DNA from: Alphaproteobacteria bacterium
GTDB taxonomy: Bacteria; Pseudomonadota; Alphaproteobacteria; Puniceispirillales; Puniceispirillaceae
Assembly (NCBI GenBank): GCA_011525265.1
Contig: WTHV01000073.1
Coordinates: forward strand, 1-35,609
Reading direction: 5' to 3'
Length of the DNA: 35,609 bases
Part shown: positions 1 through 8,002 of the stretch, piece by piece
How the letters are laid out: every line of letters starts with the position of its first letter
Position numbering within the stretch: the stretch's first letter is position 1
The notes under the pieces: generated by a model
Seen by the model: the letters and a program-made list of their open reading frames with translations, nothing else
What the model was told of the DNA's origin: nothing
The model's database searches: none
Translations under genes and position numbers: made by a program

Positions 1-462
1 TTTTTCTGCGATCTCATCTTGCTTGCCATCAAATAAATGCAACACATGAGCCGCTACAGCCGGTGCACCTATGACAGCAACCCCTGATAGCGCAGGCATT
101 TGCGGGGCAAGCGCAAGAACCGCTGCCCCACCAAGGGAATGCCCAATCAGGAGATCAGGCGCATGATAACTATCAGCTAGCCATCTACAAGCATCTTCCA
201 AATCATGAATATTGCCGCCAAAACCAGAGGTGGCAAATGCGCCTTCTGATTGACCAAGACCTGTGAAATCAAACCGCAACACCGCTATGCCACGTTCTGC
301 GAGACCTTCTGCGATACGTGAGGCGGCAAGACTTTCTTTGGAACAGGTAAAACAATGGGCGAAAACAGCACAGCCCCGCAATTGACCGACAGGATAATTC
401 AAACGCCCTGCCAAAAGATTGCCGTCACGATTTTCAAATGTGACTGATTTTATAAGTGCCAT
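1..462 (-). CDS. alpha/beta-fold serine hydrolase, N-terminal 154 codons only (3' end runs off the window)
   Basis: Hand translation of the minus strand from ATG (complement of 460-462) to base 1 gives 154 codons with no stop: MALIKSVTFENRDGNLLAGRL...DLLIGHSLGGAAVLA... The nucleophile elbow G-H-S-L-G-G lies at 127-144. AAGGAG (complement of 468-473) sits 5 nt upstream of the ATG. The ORF is absent from the supplied track, presumably because it is truncated by the window edge. Confidence 0.7.
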   Translation of the reverse strand, partial: MALIKSVTFENRDGNLLAGRLNYPVGQLRGCAVFAHCFTCSKESLAASRIAEGLAERGIAVLRFDFTGLGQSEGAFATSGFGGNIHDLEDACRWLADSYHAPDLLIGHSLGGAAVLALAPQMPALSGVAVIGAPAVAAHVLHLFDGKQDEIAEK

Positions 463-480
463 TTACGCTCCTTTTATCTC

Positions 481-1479
481 CTAGCTATTCGCAACATCTA
501 CCACAAGGCGACCCTTTACTTGCCCTTTCAAGATTTGTGCCCCTGCCTCTGGCAAATCGGATAGGCTAATTATTTGTGTCATCTCATCCAGCATCTCTTT
601 TGGCATATCCTTTGCAATACGAGCCCATGCAGCAACACGGTTATCATAAGGGCGCATCACAGAATCAATCCCAAGCAAATTCACACCGCGCAATAAGAAC
701 GGAATAATATTTGCTGGCACCGCAACACCGCCTGCATTACCAATGGCAGCCGCGCTTGCCCCATATTTTAACTGTCCCAAAATACGTGCCAACATCTCAC
801 CACCGACAGAATCAATACAGCCCGCCCATGTCGCACTTTCCATCGGACGCGCAATGGCCTCTGCGACCTCGGAGCGCTCAATAATTTGGCTAACACCAAG
901 TGATGTTAGGTAAGCGCCTGCTTCTTCTTTACGCCCTGTCACAGCCGCTACCTCATAGCCAGAGCGCGAGAGCATGATTGCCGCAACTGAGCCAACACCG
1001 CCAGATGCCCCTGTGACCAAAACAGGCCCTGAATCAGGGGTAAGACCATGGGCTTCGAGCGCTTGTATCGCAAACATCGCCGTTAGGCCTGCTGTCCCAA
1101 CCGCCATAGCATCCTTAAGCGATAGCCCATCTGGCAAAGGCACAAGCCAATCAGCCTTGACCTTAGCGTAATGGGCATAGCCACCATGCCAGGCTTCACC
1201 AACACGCCACCCTGTTAGCACCACCTCATCACCTGGCTTGTAGCGCGCATCTGATGAGGCCTCAACCACACCAGAAAAATCAATGCCTGGAATGCGCGGG
1301 TAATCGCGCACCAATCCGCCCTTGCCACAAAGCACCAGACCATCTTTGTAATTCACCGTGCTATAGGCGACTTTGACAAGCACTTCACCATCATCTGAAA
1401 GGAAATCATGATCGATCTCCTTAAGGTTTGCTTCAAACGGATTATCATCAGATTTTGATACAATTAGCGCTTTGAACAT
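481..1479 (-). CDS. acuI: YhdH/AcuI-family MDR oxidoreductase (acrylyl-CoA reductase type), 332 aa
   Basis: The track ORF 481..1554 is trimmed to the ATG at 1479 (MFKALIVSKSDD...), which matches family N-termini. The motifs VNYKDGL, PGIDFSGVV, LTGWRVGEAWHGGYA, VTGASGGVGS, WAGCIDSVGG and LRGVNLLGIDSV are collinear with E. coli YhdH as I remember it. The symbol reflects family membership, not proven function. Confidence 0.85.
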   Translation of the reverse strand: MFKALIVSKSDDNPFEANLKEIDHDFLSDDGEVLVKVAYSTVNYKDGLVLCGKGGLVRDYPRIPGIDFSGVVEASSDARYKPGDEVVLTGWRVGEAWHGGYAHYAKVKADWLVPLPDGLSLKDAMAVGTAGLTAMFAIQALEAHGLTPDSGPVLVTGASGGVGSVAAIMLSRSGYEVAAVTGRKEEAGAYLTSLGVSQIIERSEVAEAIARPMESATWAGCIDSVGGEMLARILGQLKYGASAAAIGNAGGVAVPANIIPFLLRGVNLLGIDSVMRPYDNRVAAWARIAKDMPKEMLDEMTQIISLSDLPEAGAQILKGQVKGRLVVDVANS

Positions 1480-1607
1480 GGTCTTTTCACCTGTAACGTT
1501 AAGGTTAGAACTTTCACGAGCCGCTATGGTGAAATGAATCATCATTTCAAGCAAGTGATTTTATAAGAAAAGACATGTAACGCAAAACATAGGCCCCTTA
1601 ATCAGCT

Positions 1608-2012
1608 ATGGTAAATGAAAAAGACCCGCAAGAATGCTATGATCAACTCGCCTCTGACCCGTCGGCATTGCTTGTTGATTGCCGCTCTGCTGTTGAATGG
1701 GAATTAGTGGGCACCCCGAATCTCAGTGCCGTTGGCAAGAAGACATTACTGGTTGAATGGACCACAGCCACTAATCAAAAAAACCCGCATTTTCTAGAGC
1801 AAATTAAAGGGTTTGCGTCCTCTGATACGCCTATCATTATGATCTGCCGCGTTGGTGGGCGTTCTGCCGCTGCGTGCCAGTTTTTGGCTGAAAATGGCTT
1901 TACCAATGTGACAAATATGCGTGAGGGCTATGAGGGGCGGGCAGATGAGAATGGCCATCGCAATAGTTTTGAGGGATGGCGCGCGCGTCAATTGCCGTGG
2001 CATCAATCTTAA
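1608..2012 (+). CDS. single-domain rhodanese-like protein (sulfurtransferase-like), 134 aa
   Basis: The ORF starts at ATG 1608. It has the rhodanese active-site loop Cys-X5-Arg type, MICRVGGRSAAACQ. Confidence 0.8.
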   Translation: MVNEKDPQECYDQLASDPSALLVDCRSAVEWELVGTPNLSAVGKKTLLVEWTTATNQKNPHFLEQIKGFASSDTPIIMICRVGGRSAAACQFLAENGFTNVTNMREGYEGRADENGHRNSFEGWRARQLPWHQS

Positions 2013-2028
2013 GGGGCATCAATCTTAA
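1999..2028 (+). repeat. 14-bp direct duplication ggcatcaatcttaa (1999-2012 and 2015-2028) that includes the rhodanese stop codon
   Basis: Read directly from the sequence. The two identical copies are separated by gg. Confidence 0.9.
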
Positions 2029-2169
2029 AAAGGTCTGAGAAAACCAAAAAGTAACAAATATGAATGACCCTTATGCACATCTATTACTTTGTCGCTAAGA
2101 TTGTTATTTCCTTGAATTTGTTCTAATTTAGAATCAGGATTGTTTAATCTTGAATCAGAGAGATGATTG

Positions 2170-2724
2170 ATGGATTTCGCACGATTTAACCAATTAAGCC
2201 ATTTACTGCTGAATGATGAATTTGTTCTCAGCTATTCTGGCTATGTATCAGAAGATATACTCAAAGCCGTTGGAGATACGTTGCGTGAACGCTTAACCTC
2301 TCATGTGGATAACAGCAATCAAATCCGGAATATCTTTTCTATTTTTGTCGAATTAATGCAGAATATCATTCGCTATGGCGATGATGGGCCGCAACCTGCG
2401 ATGAAAGATAGCATGCAAAAGCCCTCATTTGGCATTGTTTTGGTTTCGCAATCAAAGGGGCATTTATCTGTGATGGCCGGCAATTATGTGACAGATGATG
2501 AGGCAGAAATGCTGATGGGGCGTATCAACGCCCTTGCTACAAGCAGTGACGAGGAATTGCGTCAAATGTATCGTGATAAATTGCGTGAGCCAGTTGAGGC
2601 AACATCAAAGGGCGCATCACTTGGGCTGATTGAAATTGCCAGACGCGCCTCTTTGCCGCTAACCTGTGAAGCTATAAAAGATAGTAGTGGCCATAATTTA
2701 TTCATGATTAAAGCAACAGTCTAA
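2170..2724 (+). CDS. SiaB-like small protein kinase (GHKL/anti-sigma-kinase-like fold), 184 aa
   Basis: The track ORF starts at TTG 2167, and ATG 2170 immediately follows it, with GAGAG upstream. The segments FVLSYSGYVSEDILKAVGDTLRERL, FVELMQNIIRYG, VMAGNYV, YRDKLREP and KGASLGLIEIARRASLPL align along the whole length with P. aeruginosa SiaB as I recall it. Confidence 0.75.
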   Translation: MDFARFNQLSHLLLNDEFVLSYSGYVSEDILKAVGDTLRERLTSHVDNSNQIRNIFSIFVELMQNIIRYGDDGPQPAMKDSMQKPSFGIVLVSQSKGHLSVMAGNYVTDDEAEMLMGRINALATSSDEELRQMYRDKLREPVEATSKGASLGLIEIARRASLPLTCEAIKDSSGHNLFMIKATV

Positions 2725-2742
2725 CAATAGGGTTACAAGATT

Positions 2743-3138
2743 ATGTCGTCATTTTCACAAAAGGCCACCGCCAGAACGCCAGAAATTCTGCTTGATGCAG
2801 ATGCTGGGACTTTGGTGCTGTCTGGTGAATCTTACCCAGAAGATGTAACAGCCTTTTACAACACGCTTTCAGATGCGATTATCGCCTTTTTTGATAGCTC
2901 TGAGAGCGCTTTTGATGTGTCTATCAAATTGACCTATTTCAATTCTAGCTCTGCACGCTCTTTGATGGAATTGCTTGATTTGCTTGATAATGCGGCAGGT
3001 CAAGGTCGGCAGGTAAGCGTGCAATGGTATTGTGATGCGGAGGATGATATCACGCGGGAATTTGCGCAGGATATTTCATCTGACGTCACAAATGTCACTG
3101 TAACAATTTGCGATCTAGAGATGCCTGACGCCTCATGA
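2743..3138 (+). CDS. SiaC-like DUF1987 regulatory phosphoprotein, 131 aa
   Basis: The ATG at 2743 is 18 nt after the kinase stop. TPEILLDADAGTLVLSGESYPED and KLTYFNSSSARSLMELLDLL resemble the SiaC/DUF1987 core. Ser68 (2944-2946) aligns with the SiaC Thr68 phospho-site. Confidence 0.75.
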   Translation: MSSFSQKATARTPEILLDADAGTLVLSGESYPEDVTAFYNTLSDAIIAFFDSSESAFDVSIKLTYFNSSSARSLMELLDLLDNAAGQGRQVSVQWYCDAEDDITREFAQDISSDVTNVTVTICDLEMPDAS

Positions 3139-4121
3139 AGCCTGATGCCTTGCTTGAAAAAATCACCGCCCAGCTTAACGAGAGCGCACAAGGTGATGAT
3201 GTGGCACAAAGCTTAAAAGAGCTGAAACAGCTTTATGATAAGCAAAGCCGCCAACTTGATTCGCTGACAAAATTATCTGACAGCACACAGGCCAAATTAT
3301 CAGATTCCAATGCCAAGCTTGAAAAGTTTTTGCGTAATTTAAAGCGCTTTGTACCAGCTGGCGTTGTTGATGTCCTATTGCAAAGTGGAGCAGAACAATT
3401 ACCCACAAATTCACGTCAAACCATCACGGTCTTTTTCTCTGACATTGTGGGCTTTACGACAATAACAGAACGCCTTGACCCAGAGCGCCTCGCCGCGCTT
3501 ATGACTGACTATTTCACAGAAATGTCAGACATCTGCACGAAATGGGGTGGAACGCTTGACCAATTTGTGGGAGATGCGATTGTTATCTTTTTTGGTGCAC
3601 CAACCACATTAGGCGCAGAAGACGATGCAAGACGCACCCTTGGCATGGCACTTGATATGCAAGATAGGCTGAAGGCTTTGCGCCTAAAATGGCAACAAGA
3701 AGGCCTCACAACACCGTTTGAGGTGCGTATGGGTCTTTCAACTGGCACTTGTAATGTTGGCAATTTTGGCTCAGCCGATCGCCTGCATTACACAGCCATT
3801 GGCACAGCTGTGAATAGCGCAGCACGCATCCAATCCTTAGCCAATCCCAACCATATATTGCTCTCAGAGAACACCTACCTATTGGTGCGCGATCATTTTA
3901 AATGCCACTTGGAAAAAACAGTCATCCTAAGTGGTCAACAGCATGAGACAATGTTATATCAGGCAGCCTTAAATCAAAATGAATGGCAGGCCTCAACCAT
4001 CACCGCAGATGAAGAAGGCTATCGCCTTTATGTTGATCCGGCCGCTATCACAGATAAAGCTAAAGTAAAAGCGTTATTGACACGCGCCCTTGATGCGCTT
4101 GATACTGGCACAAAATCATAG
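3135..4121 (+). CDS. class III nucleotidyl (adenylate/guanylate-type) cyclase with N-terminal coiled coil, 328 aa
   Basis: The start overlaps the upstream stop (ATGA at 3135-3138). The first ~85 aa are heptad-like and rich in K/L/Q/S. The catalytic core carries ITVFFSDIVGFTTITE, GGTLDQFVGDAIVIFFGAP and YTAIGTAVNSAARIQS. Confidence 0.9.
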   Translation: MKPDALLEKITAQLNESAQGDDVAQSLKELKQLYDKQSRQLDSLTKLSDSTQAKLSDSNAKLEKFLRNLKRFVPAGVVDVLLQSGAEQLPTNSRQTITVFFSDIVGFTTITERLDPERLAALMTDYFTEMSDICTKWGGTLDQFVGDAIVIFFGAPTTLGAEDDARRTLGMALDMQDRLKALRLKWQQEGLTTPFEVRMGLSTGTCNVGNFGSADRLHYTAIGTAVNSAARIQSLANPNHILLSENTYLLVRDHFKCHLEKTVILSGQQHETMLYQAALNQNEWQASTITADEEGYRLYVDPAAITDKAKVKALLTRALDALDTGTKS

Positions 4122-4130
4122 AGGGTTGCT

Positions 4131-4433
4131 ATGAAACCAACGATTGCTAGAATCTATCAACGGGAATTTAAGACGCCAGCAGATGCTGAAGCCTTTATTG
4201 AGGCCACCCATCTGATTGAAGGTCGTATCTCAGCTGTTGATATGAGCTATCGTCTCTATCAATCTGATGAAAACCCCTGTCATATTATTGAGATTTGGGA
4301 ATATCCTGATGAGGAATCGATGGAATGGGTTCAGTCCTCAATGGAAGGGGCGGTTGCGATACCACGCCGGTTTAACCCTGAAACAAAATTGATCCCCGCC
4401 ACCATTAAAGTGACACTTGATAAATCAGAATAA
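4131..4433 (+). CDS. small ABM / dimeric alpha-beta-barrel-like protein, 100 aa
   Basis: GAGGG lies 5 nt upstream of ATG 4131, which is 9 nt after the cyclase stop. YRLYQSDENPCHIIEIWEYPDEESMEWVQSS resembles the ABM-family core pattern (y.l.q...dp..f...E.W.s.ea...h..s). The assignment is tentative. Confidence 0.5.
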   Translation: MKPTIARIYQREFKTPADAEAFIEATHLIEGRISAVDMSYRLYQSDENPCHIIEIWEYPDEESMEWVQSSMEGAVAIPRRFNPETKLIPATIKVTLDKSE

Positions 4434-4436
4434 ACC

Positions 4437-6338
4437 CTACTGATAAGGGCGAAATGACAAGATTGTCACATCATCTCTGCGCTCTTGTGCGCCTTGCCAT
4501 TTTTTGAGCAAAAAGGCGAGGCTCCTCACAATTTTCGCAGGCTTGTTCGTACCAGCGGACTCCATAGCCTCAACCATACGTCTTGTACCTAATACACGCT
4601 TTGTCTCTTCGCCAATTTGTGTTGGCATGCCATCTGTGATGAGCGTAAAGCTATTGCCAGCAAGCGGGACATTATGGTTTGTAAAATCGCGAGCTTGAGA
4701 AAATAGCTGATAGCCAAGCGTATAACGATCGCCCCGCAACCGTGTCACATGACCTGCTTCATTCGATACAAACAGATCAAGTGACGCACCGGCAAATTCT
4801 AACTGCCCTTCACTGGCTGTTAATTTGATAACCGCACAATCAAGCCCATCTTTTCCCACTTTATCTTGTGTAATGCCAAGCTGGGCAACAATCCCTCTGT
4901 GAATTTGCTCTAGCATTTGCGCGGCAGGCAGTGCCAAAGGTGAGGCGGCAGAAATCTTCTCAAGAACAGATGTTGTAATAAGTGTCATAAAGGCACCTGG
5001 CACGCCATGACCTGTACAATCAAAAAACACCAAATAGCGCGCGCCACCAATTTGACCCACCCAATAAAAATCACCGCCAACCACATCCTTTGGCTGCCAG
5101 ACAATGCTAACCTCGCCAAAATCCTCTTCTAATCTTTGTGATTGCGGCAAGAGGCACCGTTGAATAGAACTGGCATAGGAGACTGAGTCGCCAAAACTTC
5201 TATTAGCTTCTTCAAGCAATTGTCTGTCTCTGATGATCTCAGTGATATCTGTGCCTGTCCCGCGATAACCCATAAAGGTGCCATCTTCATCAAAAAGCGG
5301 CTTGCCTGTTACACGAAGCATCACATCACTGCCATCTGCTGACGTAATGGCATATTCAAAATTCTTAAAACTTTGATGGGCGTCTAATTGACTGAGATGC
5401 TCTTGCCAGGTGGCAGTGATATCCTTGCCTTCCATCATCTGTCGGCGTGTTTTGCCAATAACATCTGCAGGCGCAATTTTTGTGATTTCAAAAAACCTGT
5501 CAGAGATATAGGTAAAGCGTAACGCCTCATCCATCTCATAGAACCAATCACTTGAAATATCTGCAATATCTTTGAATTTGCCTTCTGACTCTTTCAACAG
5601 ATTCTGGCTTTTATCAAGGCGCGCAAAATAGATGCGTGATGCGGCGGCAAGCTTATTATAGGTCCGACTTACCGCCCCTATTTCATCATCACGAAAAACC
5701 TCTGCCAAGGCTGGCTTTGAGGGGCGTGAGGCACTCATTGCCTTTTGCAAATTCGCAAGAGGCGTCAAAATCAACCTCTGAAAGACAAAGGCTAGCAAAA
5801 TAAACACAACCAAAAGCGCACTTGTTGCAATTAGCGCAATCGTTCCTAATTGGAGATTACGCTCATCGGCAAAAAACCTGTCATCAATATAAAACCGGTA
5901 ATCACTTTTGGTCTGAGAGCGAATAGTGACTTCATGAAATTGATGCTCATCAGTTGCAAATGACTGGCACCCTGCCTTTGGCAAGGATATCACTATCTGA
6001 GAGGGGGTGGTGGTAATTGAGGGGCGGTAATCAACACAAATCACCCCATCCTCATTCACCACATCACTCAAAATCTGACGTGCGATTTGCGGCATATTAT
6101 TGCGCGACGCCCCATCAATGACGGGGGCAAGAACCAGAATTGACCGCTCTAATCTGGCCTCTGCCTCTTCTCTTGCCATCTGGTCAAAATAAAGGCTGAA
6201 GAGTGAGATCATAAGACCAATGGCAAGGGCACCAATAAGCAGAGCCGCCACCATAATGCGCGCAAACAGCCCCCAACTGTCCGCCAGTTGTGACGCCCTC
6301 TTTATCAGGGGTATTTTATCAATAATCTTGCCAAACAC
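4437..6338 (-). CDS. membrane sensor phosphatase: TM - extracytoplasmic segment - TM - HAMP - PAS - PP2C/SpoIIE domain (SiaA-like), 633 aa
   Basis: The ORF starts at GTG 6338. The first in-frame ATG is codon 29, inside the first hydrophobic helix, so GTG is preferred, but the start is uncertain and the RBS is weak. Two hydrophobic helices (about residues 23-50 and 165-192) are present. A HAMP-like linker contains DDEIGAVSRTYNKL. The PAS-like region reads DWFYEMDEALRFTYISDRFFEITK...GYRGTGTDITE. PP2C/SpoIIE motifs are VGGDFYWV, FFDCTGHGVPGAFMT, DGLDCAVIKL, ITDGM and RRDDVTILSF. Confidence 0.85.
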   Translation of the reverse strand: MFGKIIDKIPLIKRASQLADSWGLFARIMVAALLIGALAIGLMISLFSLYFDQMAREEAEARLERSILVLAPVIDGASRNNMPQIARQILSDVVNEDGVICVDYRPSITTTPSQIVISLPKAGCQSFATDEHQFHEVTIRSQTKSDYRFYIDDRFFADERNLQLGTIALIATSALLVVFILLAFVFQRLILTPLANLQKAMSASRPSKPALAEVFRDDEIGAVSRTYNKLAAASRIYFARLDKSQNLLKESEGKFKDIADISSDWFYEMDEALRFTYISDRFFEITKIAPADVIGKTRRQMMEGKDITATWQEHLSQLDAHQSFKNFEYAITSADGSDVMLRVTGKPLFDEDGTFMGYRGTGTDITEIIRDRQLLEEANRSFGDSVSYASSIQRCLLPQSQRLEEDFGEVSIVWQPKDVVGGDFYWVGQIGGARYLVFFDCTGHGVPGAFMTLITTSVLEKISAASPLALPAAQMLEQIHRGIVAQLGITQDKVGKDGLDCAVIKLTASEGQLEFAGASLDLFVSNEAGHVTRLRGDRYTLGYQLFSQARDFTNHNVPLAGNSFTLITDGMPTQIGEETKRVLGTRRMVEAMESAGTNKPAKIVRSLAFLLKKWQGAQERRDDVTILSFRPYQ

Positions 6339-6464
6339 GCCTATGATCTAGCCTATTCACCACTGTTTAAAACCTCATCACCTTAAGCCAAACATAACCA
6401 TAAAGGATAATCTTTAAAAATAAGTTAACAGGCGTTGAAAGCCGCGCATAGAAATGATTTCAGC

Positions 6465-7295
6465 TTAAGCAAATTTGCCTGCGCGGTAGTCTTGAACCGC
6501 TTGACGAATTTCGGCATCAGTATTCATAACAAAGGGGCCCATTTTGGCAACAGGCTCACCAATTGGTTTACCTGCCATGATAAGGCAGCCAGCCTTTTCA
6601 CTTCCCGCACGCAATTCTAGTGCACCTGATTGTGCAAAGACACCTAATTGATGTGCCGCAATCACCTTATCACCTGCGTGCATTTCGCCTTCATAGACAA
6701 ATACCATGACATTATGCCCTTCTGGAATATCATGGGTGAATACCGCACCTGGCTTTGCCATCACATCCATATATTCCACTGGCCATAGAGTCTGAGAGGC
6801 ACCATCCGTACCCTGATAATGGCCTGCCATAATCCGCACATGAAGCTCATCTGTAATCACCTCAGGGATGCCATCTTTTTGAATATCCTGATAGCGCGGT
6901 GCTGTCATCTTATGCTTAGCAGGCAGATTTACCCATAGCTGATAGCCCCATAGAAGGCCTTCTGTTTGCTGTGGCATCTCAGAATGGATAATACCGCTTC
7001 CCGCTGTCATCCATTGCACACCACCATCATGGATAATACCCTCATTACCCGCAGAATCACGATGCTTCATCGCCCCTTGCTTCATATAAGATACCGTCTC
7101 AAAACCACGGTGAGGATGTTCTGGAAAGCCCGCAACATAGGCGCCAGGGTCGTCATTTTTGAACTCATCAAGCATTAAAAACGGGTCAAGATAATCAATT
7201 TGCGGTGTGCCAACAACACGCAGTAAAGACACGCCCGCCCCATCAGATGTTGGCATACCATTCACAACACCAATGCAATTTCTTATCTCTGACAT
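6465..7295 (-). CDS. pirin family protein, 276 aa
   Basis: The ORF is trimmed to the ATG at 7295, which has GGGAG 8 nt upstream. It carries the cupin/pirin motifs FPEHPHRGFETVSYM, MTAGSGIIHSE and LWVNLP. Confidence 0.85.
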   Translation of the reverse strand: MSEIRNCIGVVNGMPTSDGAGVSLLRVVGTPQIDYLDPFLMLDEFKNDDPGAYVAGFPEHPHRGFETVSYMKQGAMKHRDSAGNEGIIHDGGVQWMTAGSGIIHSEMPQQTEGLLWGYQLWVNLPAKHKMTAPRYQDIQKDGIPEVITDELHVRIMAGHYQGTDGASQTLWPVEYMDVMAKPGAVFTHDIPEGHNVMVFVYEGEMHAGDKVIAAHQLGVFAQSGALELRAGSEKAGCLIMAGKPIGEPVAKMGPFVMNTDAEIRQAVQDYRAGKFA

Positions 7296-7432
7296 ATCAT
7301 GCTCCCATCTTATATGTATCAATGCGTCATACTCCCCTAAATGTGGTCAAATGCATAAAATTCAAGAGGCCGATATGCGTTGAAAAACGCTAAAGGGGTT
7401 TTCATTTCCGTAAACAGACTTATCTAGTAGCT

Positions 7433-8002
7433 ATGAGACATTTTTTAAGACGCCTTTTCGTGACTTCTGCGCTTGTGATAAGCCTTCAGTACGCTGTGCC
7501 TGCTTTGGCGCAAACTGATGATGCTGTGCTTGATAATTTATTCAGCACATTACAAGAGCTTGACGATCAAGGTGATGTGTCGCGTATTGTGGCAGAAATT
7601 TGGACAAGATGGTCTACCCACCCAAGTGAGCAAAGCATTACCGCACGCCTCAATAGGGGTGTTGCCATGATGAATCAAGGTGACTATGTGCATGCTGAAG
7701 GCTTGTTTTCTGACATTATTGCAGAAGACCCTACTTTTGCAGAAGCATGGAATAAGAGGGCGACACTCTATTATATCCAAGGCAAATTTGCTGAATCACG
7801 CTATGATATCGCACAGGCATTAATCCGTGAGCCACGCCATTTTGGCGCTTTATCTGGTCTTGGACTCATCGAATTATCATCTGGGAATTACGAGGCGGCT
7901 TTGCGCGCCTATGAGCAAGCGGCTGAGGTTAATCCCCATATGACGCAAGCAAATGAGATGATTAAAACACTCAGCGAAAAGCTACGTGGCCTCGCTCTTT
8001 AG
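7433..8002 (+). CDS. secreted TPR-repeat protein, 189 aa
   Basis: The N-terminal signal peptide is MRHFLRRLFVTSALVISLQYAVPALA/Q. Three TPR-like units are visible (GDYVHAEGLFSDIIAEDPTFAEAWNKRA; QGKFAESRYDIAQALIREPRHFGAL; SGNYEAALRAYEQAAEVNP). Confidence 0.75.
   Translation: MRHFLRRLFVTSALVISLQYAVPALAQTDDAVLDNLFSTLQELDDQGDVSRIVAEIWTRWSTHPSEQSITARLNRGVAMMNQGDYVHAEGLFSDIIAEDPTFAEAWNKRATLYYIQGKFAESRYDIAQALIREPRHFGALSGLGLIELSSGNYEAALRAYEQAAEVNPHMTQANEMIKTLSEKLRGLAL

Noticed and set aside
1480-1554. The ORF track suggests upstream start extensions: 1554 for acuI, 7322 for pirin, 2167, 28091, 31048, 31213 and 32991.
   Set aside because: Most of the extended starts are TTG codons (checked for 2167, 28091, 31048, 31213 and 32991), and all lack an RBS. 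The extensions add non-homologous N-terminal residues. Downstream ATGs have Shine-Dalgarno-like sequences, match family N-termini or begin a proper signal peptide.
2013-2169. I looked for an ncRNA, riboswitch or promoter in the 157-bp spacer upstream of the SiaB-like gene. It contains a repeated gaatcag and TTGTCG-17 nt-TTGAAT.
   Set aside because: There is no convincing structured element. The hexamers match the consensus poorly (4/6 at the -10 element). It is left unannotated.
6367-6378. A three-codon mini-ORF (ATG AGG TTT TAA) with an AAGG just upstream lies in the leader of the PP2C sensor gene.
   Set aside because: It is too short to distinguish from chance, and I cannot check conservation here.
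974-7393. Short overlapping ORFs lie in the left part of the window: 974-1171, 1794-2006, 3000-3209, 3175-3414, 3509-3763, 4504-4698, 6435-6620, 6966-7178, 7205-7393 and 7550-7780.
   Set aside because: Each is antisense to or off-frame within a gene with strong family motifs. None has recognisable motifs of its own.
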